Assembly (NCBI GenBank): GCA_010909165.1
Contig: MU008164.1
Span: 1,240,001 to 1,304,000 of the forward strand
Source of the DNA: Anthoceros angustus
Taxonomy: Eukaryota; Plantae; Anthocerotophyta
Direction of reading: 5' to 3'
Length of the DNA stretch: 64,000 nt
In this document: positions 1 through 12,629 of the stretch, piece after piece
How positions within the stretch are numbered: position 1 is the first letter of the stretch
How the letters are laid out: every line of letters starts with the position of its first letter
Translations under genes and position numbers: made by a program
The notes under the pieces: generated by a model
Told to the model about the DNA's origin: nothing
The model's input: only the letters and a program-made list of their open reading frames with translations
Databases searched by the model: none

Positions 1-75
1 GCTGAGTCTGATGGTCTTTTCAGCGAGGAAACGAATGATCCTAATACGAAGTATAGCAAAGGAAAATTGATGCTG

Positions 76-3000
76 TCACAGATGCTTCGCCACCGCTTCT
101 GCTGCAGCTCGGATCCAAGCGGCAGCAGCAACAGCTCCAGGGTCGGGGACGGTGGAGAGGACTTCAGGAGGGACGTAGCTCGAGCGCCCGGCCTGCGCCA
201 TAGAAAGAGTATGTTAAATTCTCGAGGTGAAGAGAGGATGCCTCATTCTGGCGTTTCAAAGGGGGATATAGCTGCTTCACCTGGGCTTGCATGGTCTTGG
301 TTGATTCGGCTCCAGCCTCGGCCGCACCCGCTGCTGCTAGAGCCGCTTTCACCGGGTCCTCACCTCGAGCCAATGCCTGTCATGGCAAGCACCATGCACA
401 AGCTTCAGATGATGTTCAACGATTGCTGCAGCTTGACAAATCCTTGACAGGTTAACCAACCTCCTTCAGCTCGGCGGATGCGGGAATGAAAGCATCAAGC
501 AGAGTTCGTTGGCCCGCGGTAGCCCCACCGTAAGTGATGACAGCTTTCACGGCCGTCTCAAACGCGGATGACCCTGCAGACACGAATACTTGTCAGGAGG
601 GTTGCCTGACCTCAGGAAGCGTTTCTGCTTCCAACCCATGGACATTCATGAAACACGCTGTTCATACTCCAGGCAGGAAACGAGACTCGTTTCTTCGACG
701 TGATGGGGGGACTTACATCTCTTAGCTGGAGGAGTGGACGCCGCAGCCTCCTTCAACCGCACGTATGCGGCCCGAAAGAAGATATCGTATCTGCGGCGAT
801 GTATGAAGAAGCAGCAGTTCAAGACATGAGCAACACATTCAGGGACAAGGACGCGATGCACTTCACAGCCAAAAAGTGAAATGGGTTGGTCGGCAACTCA
901 CAGCACTCCGCTTGTGCCACCGGCTACGCGTCTCACCGAAGCACCAATCTCATTGACGGTAGCGGCGTCATCGTTCAAAGGGTACCTGCAAAAGCAAACC
1001 TTTCACTTCGGTAACAGCCTCCTTCCTTTTGCTAAGGATGCAGTTTTGCTTGTAAAATCAGGATTCAGGTTTGGATCTCCTTTTGCCAAGGATGCAGTAC
1101 TTAGAGGCGGACTTAAACTCCTTACCGCTTTTTCATATCGTCGAGAATTGCCGTGGAAGCCTTCGCCATCTACGGTGTTAAAGCAGAATGAAGATAGGAT
1201 GTTGAGTATGAGGAATTCAACTCCAGGGAAGTCTTGTGAAATCAAAAGTTGGGAAAAAGTTCTTACTGTAATCCCACAATCTCCGTCACCAACTTTGCTA
1301 TCGTAATCGTTCAGAACCTTTGTGAGCTTAATGAGCGCCTCTGCAGCTGCACGGATGGCTTGTTCTAACAGGTAACCGTGTCTGCTGAGCTCCTGAGGTC
1401 TTTGTGGCACCTGTCCATACCATCATGGCGTGTGACTTTCAGGTACATTCGCGGAGACGAAAACAGACAGGTCTGCACAGTGGTGGCACGGTCCAGAGAT
1501 TACTCAAGAAAGTAGCATGATGACATACCACAACTGACTTGGAGGGGTCAGGGGCAAGCGGCACGGGCAATGTTGTTGGGGGTCGCGGCCCTGAAAGGAA
1601 AACACACAGCTATGACAGACAAGCCAAAGCTCAAGCGGGAACGGCAAGCCTATTCTTCAGTCTAGCTCATGACATGCCCAGGTGATGGTCTTGTCATTTC
1701 CAAGCGCATCCAACTTTCATGAGGGACCTCTGCGGATTTACATCAAAGAGGTTGACGTTCAACATACCATCAACGCCCACGGGCCAAGCAGGAGCCTTGG
1801 TAGGAGCATCGAGCCTCTGCAGAATGCAATCGTCCACCTTCAAAACTGAGAGGGAAAGTCCTGCTCGAGGTCGGGCCACAACACACAACAGTCAGTGGGA
1901 GCTTGAGCTACCGTTTCGCATGGACTGCAGCTAGCGAGCACCATAAAACTTGTAGACAGTGTCGGGGTCTGTAAATCCTTGCCTGCCATATCAAGAGACG
2001 TCATGAAAGTTCCTGAATAGACACGTTCAACAGCGAGCCCATGATCCAGCTGGAGCTGTGCAACAGCTCTCCCCGCGGCGATCATAACCTCCATCAGAGG
2101 CGTTGCACCAAGACTGTTCACAAAGCAGAGTAATCAGGGACTCCATCACAAAGGCGAGCTGTCCCTTTGAACTCTTGATCCCATCTGGTCACACCAAAAT
2201 CACCCGTACCTATTGACCATGAGGGCAACTCTGCTCCCTCGTTTGATCTGTGTGTACTGCGTTTCCTGAAGGCATCTCAAAGATATGCTTCAAATGAAGA
2301 GCTTCCAAGCTATCCAAGCCGGTACAACAATCAAAGTTGAGGCTACCAATACCAAGCAAGAACAGAAGCAAAGACGTACCGGAGAGAGAATCGTCTTCAG
2401 CACATTCGACACCACGTAATCCACAGGTTGCAAAACATCCACCTTGGCTCCACGCTCACCATGCTGCAAACGCGTATGGAATCTCTTAGCTCATGAGCTT
2501 TGTCAATTGAGCCACTAGTTGATGCAAATTGAGGGTGGCCTGCAGGTGGAAACTAGTATCAGCATGAGAGGATTCACCCACACGCTGCCTGAGGTGGGGC
2601 GCGCGCTCATGCCAGTTCGTCACACTTTTGCAACCATCCCTGAATAGCAAAGTTCATCCACATCCTACCGACCTCAACGATCAAACCCACCTCAAACCTA
2701 GGAAGCAACGTGACCCGTACATCGTATCTTAACGGTGACCCAGGGCGTACGGTGGACTTTCACAGAAATCTTACAATTCCAAGGCCCAGCTCCATCTCGC
2801 CAGATCCGAGGCGTTCGGGCATCAACTGTCCCGGAAGGGTGCAAACAGTCAAAGCAACCCCCATCGTCCCAACAAGTTGTGACACTCTGCGGGCTTCTGC
2901 AGCAACTTCTTGAAGGCTAAGGCCAGCAGCTGCCGCTGCCCCTGCAACCTGTTATGCCCAACCTATTGTGAGCTCCAACCGTTTACCCAACCCCTGCGAT

Positions 3001-4660
3001 TTCACTTCTCAGCCAGACAAAATGCTACTCAAGCAGCACAGTTTTCAGAAAATCAAACATGTTGAACATCGGTTCTTACCTTGTGCACAAACAGCGTCCC
3101 TGCAAGTCCTCGGCGACCAGCCAGACCCCGCGGTGGAGGCAGGGCACAATCATCTCCCACTATGACCATCTGTCAGTAAGAACATCAAAGACGGAAATGC
3201 AATCAGCTTGAGAAACGAAAACCAACCACGAGCACGTGTTGCTCATCTTCGTGCCCCACGACACAGCACAGTCCAAGAGTTTCTTCGAGCTTTGACGAAC
3301 CTCCACTTTGTATCCTTCTGCTTTGGCTTGTTCAGCTGCAAGCCCAAAGTGTAGGCGGTCCCCGGTGTAGTTCTGTATCATGGCTGCAGGCATCAGACAA
3401 GGGCTCTTTCCTGTTTGGCTTCCTACTTGCAGGTCAAAAAGAAAACATTCACAAGCTGACCTTCACGACGAGCAGACAACCAGGAGGTCCCGTAACCGCA
3501 CGAATGCCCTACAATACAACAAAGCCAAGTTGGAGGAAATGCCAACCAAGACCCCCATCCAGTAGATCTGGCCCACAGAGCACTAGGGAAAGCACAACGA
3601 GCAAAACAAACTTACAGCAACGATAGCATCACTCGGTGGCGACGTAAATACATCTCCACAAATGGCAGCAGTCAACATGCCCACACCTACATACCCTGCA
3701 TGGGCAGGCTCATGACCACTCCCTCCTCCTGCTCGGGAGAAGTTCACATGAGTAGCGATCACGGCAACAACGCACGAGCTCCAAAGCTCTTTGAAAAACT
3801 ACAGTCCTTGCATTCTGACGTCTGACAGCCCTGACAGCACCTCACCCAACCCATCCCACCACCTCACCTGATATCACGGCGACCTTGTCATAACTCCCCC
3901 GAACAACATCAGCTCTGAGAACCACCTTCACCTGCCATAGGACATACAACAAAGCAACTGTCGAACCTGAAACGCATCAGCCCGCCCCACAAGAGCCCAA
4001 GCACCCCACATACCTCCGGAAAACCATCCAGATACTCCAAATTGGGGTACGTCTCCACAAGCCCCTGGATAAATTCCACCACCACATCTGCCAGGCCAGG
4101 AAACAACACTCCGTCAGCACACCACATTCCAGCCACCACGCCTGCACAAGCAACACTTTACCGTACGATCTCCCCGAGACCCTAGCTTCCACAAAAACAG
4201 CAATGCAAAGCAATGAGCCACACCCTGTCGACACCCAACCACGACGGCATTCCCCACCCCCACACCGACCCTCCACAACCTCGAACGTACGACGACCGGG
4301 ACTCCCTTTCCCCCGTACACCAGTACCCCCTCCCCCCACGCACACGCACAAGCACAAGCACAAGCACGCACGTCCCGAGCTCTCCCACCCCGCAGATCCC
4401 TCACGCCAAACGCATTGCGCAACCTGGAGAAGAAGCAATGCATTGCAGGCCGGCGAGCGGGCAGAAACGGAGCAGGAGCAGCCGCACGAGCATGAGCATT
4501 TCCACTCCGGCAGCACAGGCGAGACAGAGCGCAATTGGGCGGGTCCAGAATTGGCAGCGAGGAGCAGGAGGGGCACGACGCGGCATCGAGCGCGAGCGGA
4601 GAGGGCAGGCAGAGCGGTACCGCTGGGATCGTTGATGAGCTTCTTCCCGGCAGCAGCCAT
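76..4660 (-). CDS. DAK: Dihydroxyacetone kinase / triokinase (DhaK+DhaL fusion), 20 exons, 590 aa
   Basis: Manually spliced exons: 4621-4660, 4014-4087, 3868-3931, 3616-3728, 3461-3508, 3301-3372, 3080-3169, 2775-2948, 2380-2463, 2210-2265, 1983-2113, 1768-1860, 1529-1590, 1267-1410, 1126-1169, 902-985, 717-790, 461-573, 281-376, 76-192. They sum to 1773 nt in one open frame. Motifs: [56 protein letters not shown]. All introns are GT-AG except one GC-AG. Confidence 0.95.
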
Positions 4661-5531
4661 GGCGGGGGCGGGGTGCGAATCCCGGAGCGCAGCGCAGGCT
4701 GCCCGCGTCAGCAGCAGCAGCAGCTGAGGCGGGGAGCTGGAGCAGCAGCAGCGCGAGGCGCATTGAGCGGATCCGGGGCCCAGGAGCGATCCGAGGCGGA
4801 GACGGAGGCGGAGGCGGAGGCCCAGGCTGAGGAAGCAGACCAGACGCTGCCTGTGGCTGGCTGGCTCGCCTTGGGCTTGGCCTTGGGCAGCCTTGGGCTC
4901 GGCCTTGGGCTTGGCAGGTGAGCAGCCGCGGCAAGTGTGGATAAATATGTAGGCCGAGACGAGGCGAGGCGAGGCTGCAGGAGCCTCATCAGCGAGGAGG
5001 TCCCTGCTTGCACGGTACCTTTGCCTGCCCCCACTGACAGCCTCCGCCTACCTGCCCCATATTAATCGCCGGGGCATCCTTTCACTTCCCTGCTTTCTAC
5101 TCCATGTCACTCTCCGTTTGTACTGCACGGGGCTCGAACCCTCAACGTCCCCTGCGCGCCACTCGCAGATTCCCGTGCTGGCCAGGAGCCCCTGCCAGGC
5201 ACCAGGCATCAGGCACCAGGCAGCAGCCTGGGACGTGCTCAGTCCGCTTTACTTACCGTCGTACTCTTTTCCACTCCTTACTCTCTTCACCGCCCACACA
5301 AAGCATATGCTGTGTAAGTTTTGTGTTTCTATCGAGTCAAGTATTATTCTACTCTTACTCTATCCAATCTGCCTCGTACCTTGTTCACCCAGTTGAGTAA
5401 ACTTTGCATGGACAGGTCATTCGCTCAGTGCAATGAACCGAGACACACCATGTGGTGAACCACGACATCTCGTGGTACTCCACCGACTCACGACACGACA
5501 AACTGGATGGGCGTCTGCTGGCACACCACCC

Positions 5532-5748
5532 ACTCCAAGCAGTAGTCATTCTGCCTACTCCACTTAGCGTACCTTGTCCTCCACTGACTCCAAACAGTAG
5601 CCGATCTGCCCACTCGACTTAGCGTACCTTGCCCACCACCGACTCCAAACAGTAGCCGATCTGCCCACTCCATTTAGCGTACCTTGCCCACCACGACTCC
5701 AGACAGTAGTCGATCCGCCCACTCCACTTAGCGTACCTTGTCCTCCAC
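5532..5748. repeat. ~55-bp minisatellite, 4 units
   Basis: ttagcgtaccttg core at 5564, 5619, 5674 and 5728, with no unique spacers. Confidence 0.85.
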
Positions 5749-6380
5749 CCAGTTCCACCGAGTTGAGCTTTTTTGCATGGACACGGCGGCGGTGGATCGG
5801 GCGATGAGCAAGACACACTGCGGTATGGTGAGATGAGCAGACACACGGTATGGTGGTGAGACATCTCCCAGCAGCACACCACATTCCAGCCACCACGCCT
5901 GCACAAGCAACACTTTACCGTACGATCTCCCCGAGACCCTAGCTTCCACAAAAACAGCAATGCAAAGCAATGAGCCACACCCTGTCGACACCCAACCACG
6001 ACGGCATTCCCCACCCCCACACCGACCCTCCACAACCTCGAACGTACGACGACCGGGACTCCCTTTCCCCCGTACACCAGTACCCCCTCCCCCCACGCAC
6101 ACGCACAAGCACAAGCACAAGCACGCACGTCCCGAGCTCTCCCACCCCGCAGATCCCTCACGCCAAACGCATTGCGCAACCTGGAGAAGAAGCAATGCAT
6201 TGCAGGCCGGCGAGCGGGCAGAAACGGGAGCAGGAGCAGCCGCACGAGCATGAGCATTTCCCACTCCGGCAGCACAGGCAGAGACAGAGCGCAATTGGGC
6301 GGGTCCAGAATTGGCAGCGAGGAGCAGGAGGGGCACGACGCGGCATCGAGCGCGAGCGGAGAGGGCAGGCAGAGCGGTAC

Positions 6381-6420
6381 CGCTGGGATCGTTGATGAGC
6401 TTCTTCCCGGCAGCAGCCAT
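6381..6420 (-). other. Second copy of DAK exon 1 ([13 protein letters not shown] + GT donor)
   Basis: Identical to 4621-4660, including the ATG and the GTACC donor at 6380. Confidence 0.9.
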
Positions 6421-7304
6421 GGCGGGGAGCGGGGGGTGCGAATCCCCGGAGCGCAGCGCAGGCTGCCCGCGTCAGCAGCAGCAGCAGCAGCTGAGGCGGG
6501 GGAGCTGGAGCAGCAGCAGCGCGAGGCGCATTGAGCGGATCCGGGGCCCAGGAGCGATCCGAGGCGGAGACGGAGGCGGAGGCGGAGGCCCAGGCTGAGG
6601 AAGCAGACCAGACGCTGCCTGTGGCTGGCTGGCTCGCCTTGGGCTTGGCCTTGGGCTTGGCCTTGGGCTCGGCCTTGGGCTTGGCTTGGCAGGTGAGAGC
6701 AGCCGCGGCAAGTGTGGATAAATATGTAGGCCGAGACGAGGCGAGGCGAGGCTGCAGGAGCCTCATCAGCGAGGAGGTCCTGCTTGCACGGTACCTTTGC
6801 CTGCCCCCACTGACAGCCTCCGCCTACCTGCCCCATATTAATCGCCGGGGCATCCTTTCACTTCCCTGCTTTCTACTCCATGTCACTCTCCGTTTGTACT
6901 GCACGGGCTCGAACCCTCAACGTCCCCTGCGCGCCACTGCAGCAGATTCCCGTGCTGGCCAGGAGCCCCTGCCAGGCACCAGGCATCAGGCACCAGGCAG
7001 CAGCCTGGGACGTGCTCAGTCCGCTTTACTTACCGTCGTACTCTTTTCCACTCCTTACTCTCTTCACCGCCCACACAAAGCATATGCTGTGTAAGTTTTG
7101 TGTTTCTATCGAGTCAAGTATTATTCTACTCTTACTCTATCCAATCTGCCTCGTACCTTGTTCACCCAGTTGAGTAAACTTTGCATGGACAGGTCATTCG
7201 CTCAGTGCAATGAACCGAGACACACCATGTGGTGAACCACGACATCTCGTGGTACTCCACCGACTCACGACACGACAAACTGGATGGGCGCCTGCACACC
7301 ACCA

Positions 7305-7508
7305 CTCCAAGCGGTGGCCGATCGCCCACTCCACTTAGCGTACCTTGTCCTCCGACTCCAAGCGAGCCGATCGCCCACTCGACTTAGCGTTTGCCCACCA
7401 CCGACTCAAGCGATGGCCGATCGCCCACTCCATTTAGCGTACCTTGCCCACCACGACTCCAGACAGTAGTCGATCCGCCCACTCCACTTAGCGTACCTTG
7501 TCCTCCAC
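7305..7508. repeat. Second, more degenerate copy of the ~55-bp minisatellite
   Basis: Four ttagcgt-containing units within the duplicated block. Confidence 0.8.
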
Positions 7509-7695
7509 CCAGTTCCACCGAGTTGAGCTTTTTTGCATGGACACGGCAGTGGATCGGAGCGATGAACCGAGACACACACGGTATGGTGAGATGAACCGAG
7601 ACACACACGGTATGGTGAACTGAGACATCTCCCACTGGCACACCACCCACTCACAACACGACAAAGTGGGTTGTGGGCGAAGAGACGGTACATGT

Positions 7696-7878
7696 ACTCA
7701 TATTCCTCTGCGCAAAGGGTTTCGCTTATACGCAACATGTTCATAAAAGATTCTGGGTGAGTGGGAGTCAGTTTGACAAGGGTACAAGTACTGTCATACA
7801 GTATTCCTCTACGCTCAAAGATTCTGCGTATCCGCAATATGGTCATAAAAGATCTTGGGTCAGTTGGAGTCAGTTTGA
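7696..7878. repeat. Diverged ~90-bp two-copy tandem repeat
   Basis: tattcctct..cgca..atg.tcataaaagat...ggagtcagtttgac occurs twice. Confidence 0.7.
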
Positions 7879-8411
7879 CTCGTTGTTCAAAACACAAGCA
7901 ACATGGATTTCTGGTCCTTTGACTAGCTCTTTACTTTTCTTCGTATATGTGTCCTCAATACGTGTTATTTCCACGTTATATGCTACACGCACTCCTACTC
8001 CCTCTTTGTAGTTCTTGGTGCTATATGTTAAATATTTTTACTTTGTTACTCCTAGACGTAATAGGACAAATCAATATATGTTATTTTGATTAATTAGTGT
8101 AAGCTATAGGATTAAATAATAATTAAAACACATAGCAATATGAACATGTTTGCCTTTTTCAAATAGAGTTAACAATCATAACGTAGGTGATCCTCACTTA
8201 GTATGATCATTAATTATTCAACTACACAATTTTTGGCTGGTCAATGTGATTCTTGCATTTAAGATTTCAATTTTTTCCAAGAGAAACTACCCCATCCGCG
8301 TCATTTCCAGAAAAGCTTCCTGAAATAATCTCCGTCACTTGCAAGCCTTTCTGCAGGGCACTATTTCCACTCTTCATTAGAAAGCTACATTGTACGACGT
8401 GAGGCAGCAGC

Positions 8412-8657
8412 GAAGATTTACGTAAGTGGAGATTTGTCGGAACTCCTTTCTTTGATTGTTATCGGCTCATTGAGGACTCGGGGTTTCTTGCGTTGTGTTA
8501 ACACACATGCTTTGATGTGCAGTTTAGTGTTTAGGAAGATTTACGTAAGTGGAGATTTGTCGGAACTCCTTTCTTTGATTGTTATCGGCTCATCGAGGAC
8601 TCGGGGTTTCTTGCGTTGTGTTAACACACATGCTTTCATGTGCAGTTTAGTGTTTAG
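8412..8657. repeat. 123-bp near-perfect tandem repeat x2
   Basis: gaagatttacgtaagtggag...gtttagtgtttagg at 8412-8534 and 8535-8657. Confidence 0.9.
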
Positions 8658-9372
8658 GGTTTGTTGCAAGGTGGAAGATAACTCTTTGATGAAGCTTTGG
8701 GAATAGCCTAGGCGTCTCGCAAATAGAGTTAAGGCATAATGAAGGTGATATTTCAGTAAGAAAAACGGGGTGGAGGGGTGGAAAGGCTTTTACAGCAAGC
8801 TCATTCGCAACGTAGGTACAACATCCTACTTGCTTCACTATTTATGTCCACTATTGGTGGACAAAGTGACAGATGTAGTTGGTTCTATCTATAAGATGTT
8901 TATGCTTAGTAGAGGGGCTTACCCTTTGATGTATGCACATGAGACGCATGAAATATTTGAAATGCAAGATGCTTGCTTTGAGAGCTTTCGGTGTAGATGC
9001 AAACATATCAGTAAATTCATTCCTACAGCAATCTCTATTTTCGGATTACAAATGAGTATACCTACGTAACCTTGTGAGTATATCGGATTCTCCAGAAAGT
9101 ATTTGGTCGATACAGACGTCGAGACGGCCTCCCATGATACTACTTGACACATTTGTAATGACGACTGTTGTGACTTTAGACCATATTCACATATCGAGAT
9201 GGCTTACTATAATATTACTTGACATATTTGTAATGACTATTGTTTTGACTTCAGACAATTTTAAGAAGCTCCATCATCAAACAGTACATGATGTTATCAC
9301 TTTTACCTTTCAGCTACGTGACAAAACAACATGACATTTTATCATGACATTTGTGAGTTGCTTGTCCACATT

Positions 9373-9472
9373 CCAAGCAAGCAAGCAGCACACAGTCCAA
9401 ACTTACCAAGCAACCAAACACACAGTCCAACTTGGTAAGTTTGGACTGTGTGCTCTTCGATGCTGCTTGCTT
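9373..9472. repeat. Inverted repeat / fold-back hairpin
   Basis: gcacacagtccaaacttaccaag (9388-9410) is the exact reverse complement of 9431-9453, with a 20-nt loop. The stem extends via aagcaagcagca / tgctgcttgctt. A third direct arm copy follows at ~9479-9513. Confidence 0.85.
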
Positions 9473-9879
9473 CTGGTTTGGTAAGTTTGGATTGTGTGCT
9501 CTTGGATGCTGCACGGATGGGAATCAACTTTCTCTACTGTTTGAAAACTTTCTAGAATTCTAGAAAGTTTTAAAAGAAATTATAACACTTTACAGATTAA
9601 AACAAAAATATTTTGAATATTTTCTAATATATCTCAATCTATTCTAGAAAAAAATGTGTCAAAATGTATAACATACTTAATAACTTACTAATATTTTTTT
9701 GGACCTAATCAATCTTAATATATATCCAATCATGCCTAATGTTCAATCATTCTGATTGTATATATTCAACCCTTAATTTTTCCCGTATCTATGTAACCCT
9801 AATAACTCGTCGTAATAGAGGTGAACGGGATGCAGTTTGGCATGCCCGTAAGGAAAAAACAACATTCTCTAGCGCTCTC

Positions 9880-10580
9880 TCCTCAGCGACTATGCTAGTG
9901 CGACTGCAACAAGCATGTGCGAATGGATCCACACTGTACCCATCCCTTACACAATGTCCCTCTGTTCAAGATGTTCAAGATTTGACATGATCACTGTGGA
10001 ACAGTGTGGACATGTGTAGATTCTTCGTTACCACCAGGTGTGTCCCACTCGGAGTTTTCAAGAGACCAAACGCCAGAGCTAGCTTCTCAGCATGCCCACA
10101 AAGCACATCTTCCTTTTCCTACCCCCATAACGGGAGATGAGCGCATGTGCTGATACACTCTGAGGCTCCAGTTTAACGAAACCCTCAAAACACCGTGTCG
10201 CCCTCTCAATACCCCAGTGACTTTTGCTGGCGTTCAACAAAGACGTCAACCCCACAACATTGTTTTGGCTCCCAGACAACAGCGTGTTCCCTGCCCCACC
10301 TAGATAGCTCGCACGCCCAAGAAGATCAATCATGCAACTATAATGCTCGAGAGAGTAGGTTTGATGCAATGCTGTTCAGCCATGGAATCAAAGTCCTTGC
10401 GACCCTCGTGCAAAAGTCCCTCAAGACTGCAGGCTACCAGAAGGCAAGTAAGAGTAGCAACATCAGGCTGAATACCGGAAACCAACATCTCCTCAAAACA
10501 AGTTAGTGCTCTATGACCATCATCACAATTACGATACCCAGATATCAGGGCGGTTCAAGTCACTTTGTCCGTAGTGGTCA
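9880..10580 (-). pseudogene. PLS-class PPR-E-DYW (DYW:KP-like) RNA-editing factor pseudogene
   Basis: Minus-strand translation: DKVT*TALISGY..HRALTCFEEMLVSGIQPDVATLTCLLVACSLEGLLHEG..IKPT/LEHYSCMIDLLGRAS..VVGLTSLLNASKSH..LEPQSVSAHALIS, then EDVLCGHAEKLALAFGLLKTPSGTHLVVTKNLHM..RDGY..CCS. It contains a TGA in place of Trp, frameshifts and a deletion between E1 and the HAE motif. Confidence 0.88.
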
Positions 10581-10970
10581 AGCTGGCGCAAGCGGCACAC
10601 ACAAGGTTGTTGAGGATCGCCAACATCAAGCTTGCTTTGCTGCGCTTAGCGCTCCTGTAACAGAAAGATGCGCAAGTGAGCCAGCCAGCCAACCTGCAAC
10701 TCTGGTCCACAGAATATATACGTACACTGCTCGTCGGAGCCACCAGCCCAAACCCGCCGCTCCTGGGGCGGCGTCCAAGGGTAAGACAGCGGGAGGTTAG
10801 GCCCCGCCCCCGACCCTCTCCTCCATGGGTGGCAGGATCGTCAGAACCTCTTCAATCCCCTGGTCTGAAAGCGTTGAAGTGCTGTGGGGATACTCGTGGC
10901 ACGACCGGTCTGGCTCCAAACCACCCCTGCGGCCGCCATGTCCAACAAAACCAAAGGATCAGAGCCCACC

Positions 10971-11422
10971 AAGACAGAAAAACCAAGCTCTCACACCAAT
11001 CTTTTCCCCCTACAAAATTGCCCTGGCTGACGCTGTCAGCTGATGGTGCATGTTGTGTCCTCATCAGGATCAGCACAGGTCTATGTGTTGGTCATCATCC
11101 AGCTTCCAGGGGCAACAAGAAGCAGAAAGGGCCATCCACGACGCTCGCATCACTGGAGATGGATGAAAATCTGAATCCCCGAAACATCACCACCCAAGAC
11201 AGAAAAACCAAGCTCCCACACCAATCTTTTTCCCCTACAAAATTGCCCTGGCTGAAGCCGTCAGCTGATGGTGCATGTTGTGTCCTCATCAGGATCAGCA
11301 CAGGTCTATGTGTAGGTCATCATCCAGCTTCCAGGGACAACAAAAAGCAGAAAGGGCCATTCACGACGCTCGCATCACTGGAGATGGATGAAAATCTGAA
11401 TCCCCGAGACATCACCACCCAA
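10971..11422 (+). repeat. 225-bp tandem repeat x2, in frame (75 aa) within a 295-codon unassigned ORF (10676-11563)
   Basis: aagacagaaaaaccaagct at 10971 and 11196. The unit QDRKTKL..DGACCVLIRISTGLCVGHHPAS..EMDENLNPR is repeated. No family recognised. Confidence 0.8.
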
Positions 11423-11760
11423 GCAAGACACAAACAGCTGAAGAGCTCATACAAAATCGAAAACAACGCCAGGCTGAATCCTGCTGGTGAAAGAACCCAG
11501 ACCATCCTTCAGGCGGCTGATAGTGGTCACTCATCGATAATACAAGAACATAGCATAGCATGATCAAGCCTGAGGGAAGAAGGTGCATGTTGCTAGAACT
11601 GAACTACTTGGCAGCAGGAAAGATGTAGTAGTCATTAATATGGAGACAACTAAATGAAGCGAACCTGCCATTGTGCACTCCCAACACGTGAAAGACCAAA
11701 CAATGTTCCCTACCTGCATATCCTCATCCTAACTCACGCAAAATTTCACGGGGGAGCCCC

Positions 11761-12578
11761 TCAAGCACCAGCCATGCCGATGCGGCCGGCAACTTGGTCG
11801 AGGTCCCTTTGTCCACTCGGCGTGATACGCCTTCCTCTGCAGAAAAAGGACATCAGAAGACATGACGGACAAAAAAGCCTGACAACGCACGAAGATCGGA
11901 GATGAGGCACGGATGCTAACCCTTTCGAGTCCTTGTCGATGATGTTCAATGTCTCCAGCTGCTTCAAAATACTCCTTGCTACGGCGCCACTGCTCTTGGC
12001 GAAGTGCGAGGGTCTTACACCGTTGCTCTTGCGGCCTCCATGGATCTTCTCGAATGCACCCAACCCGATTCCCTGTCGCAAGTAAATCTTTCTCGCCATA
12101 GATACTGTTCAAGCCGCCAGCACCACACTGCAAGGTTCAGGGTTAGAAGCAGCAAACTGGGCACAAACTTCCTGCTGTTAATCAGCAGACTCAAATCCCT
12201 GGAACAAGGGAACACCTCAACAGATACAGTGGAACTTACTTCCACTGGCAGATCGAGACACAAACAGAATATCAACGCCTTGAACGTACCAGCCCTGATG
12301 TAGTACCAATCAGGATCATAGGGTGCCAACTCTTTGAAGGTGGCAGTCTTCACTATATCCACCCAACCGGGCACGTTGATCTACAAGACAAAGCAAGACC
12401 ATCACGCGTCAGGCCAAAGCCGGCACAGCTGCCCGCAACCATCGCAGCTGGAAAGCACCGTGCAGGCAAGGAATTGGAAAAGTGAAGCGACCTTGCCCGA
12501 ACGCTTCAGATGCGCAGCGTAAGCGTTCACAAATTCTTGCGAGGACACACCTTTCACGGTCGTCGCCATGGTCGCCAT
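11761..12578 (-). CDS. RPS19: 40S ribosomal protein S19 (eS19), 4 coding exons, 145 aa
   Basis: Exons 12492-12578, 12290-12380, 11921-12104 and 11761-11836 with GT-AG introns. Motifs [50 protein letters not shown]. Confidence 0.96.
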
Positions 12579-12600
12579 AGCTGCAAAGACAGATCTCCGA

Positions 12601-12629
12601 GAGCCCACATCCTGCCGATTTTAGGGTTA
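12601..12629 (-). promoter_or_regulatory. Telo-box-like (AACCCTAA) and site II-like (TGGGCT) motifs upstream of RPS19
   Basis: The minus strand reads aaccctaaaatcgg and tgtgggctc, just upstream of a CAG acceptor that precedes the ATG (probable 5'-UTR intron). This motif pair is typical of plant ribosomal-protein genes. Confidence 0.45.

Larger units (their letters stand above)
4115..7630. repeat. ~1.76-kb tandem duplication (4115-5871 / 5872-7630) of DAK intron 1, exon 1 and upstream region
   Basis: cagcacaccacattccagccaccacg at 4115 recurs at 5872, and the copies align throughout apart from small indels and microsatellite length differences. Junction microhomology gcacaccac. Confidence 0.93.

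Noticed and set aside
5115-5200. tRNA/SINE-like B-box (GGTTCGAGCCC on the minus strand; duplicate near 6900)
   Set aside because: No convincing A-box, D-arm or acceptor stem could be built.
5532-5748. CRISPR-like regular ~55-bp repeats (also 7305-7508)
   Set aside because: Whole units are repeated with no unique spacers, no cas genes are present, and the context is eukaryotic; this is a minisatellite.
4203-7094. Many long overlapping ORFs (up to 405 aa) in the DAK 5' region
   Set aside because: Low-complexity translations of GC-rich intron, UTR and promoter DNA; only the 13-codon exon matches DAK.
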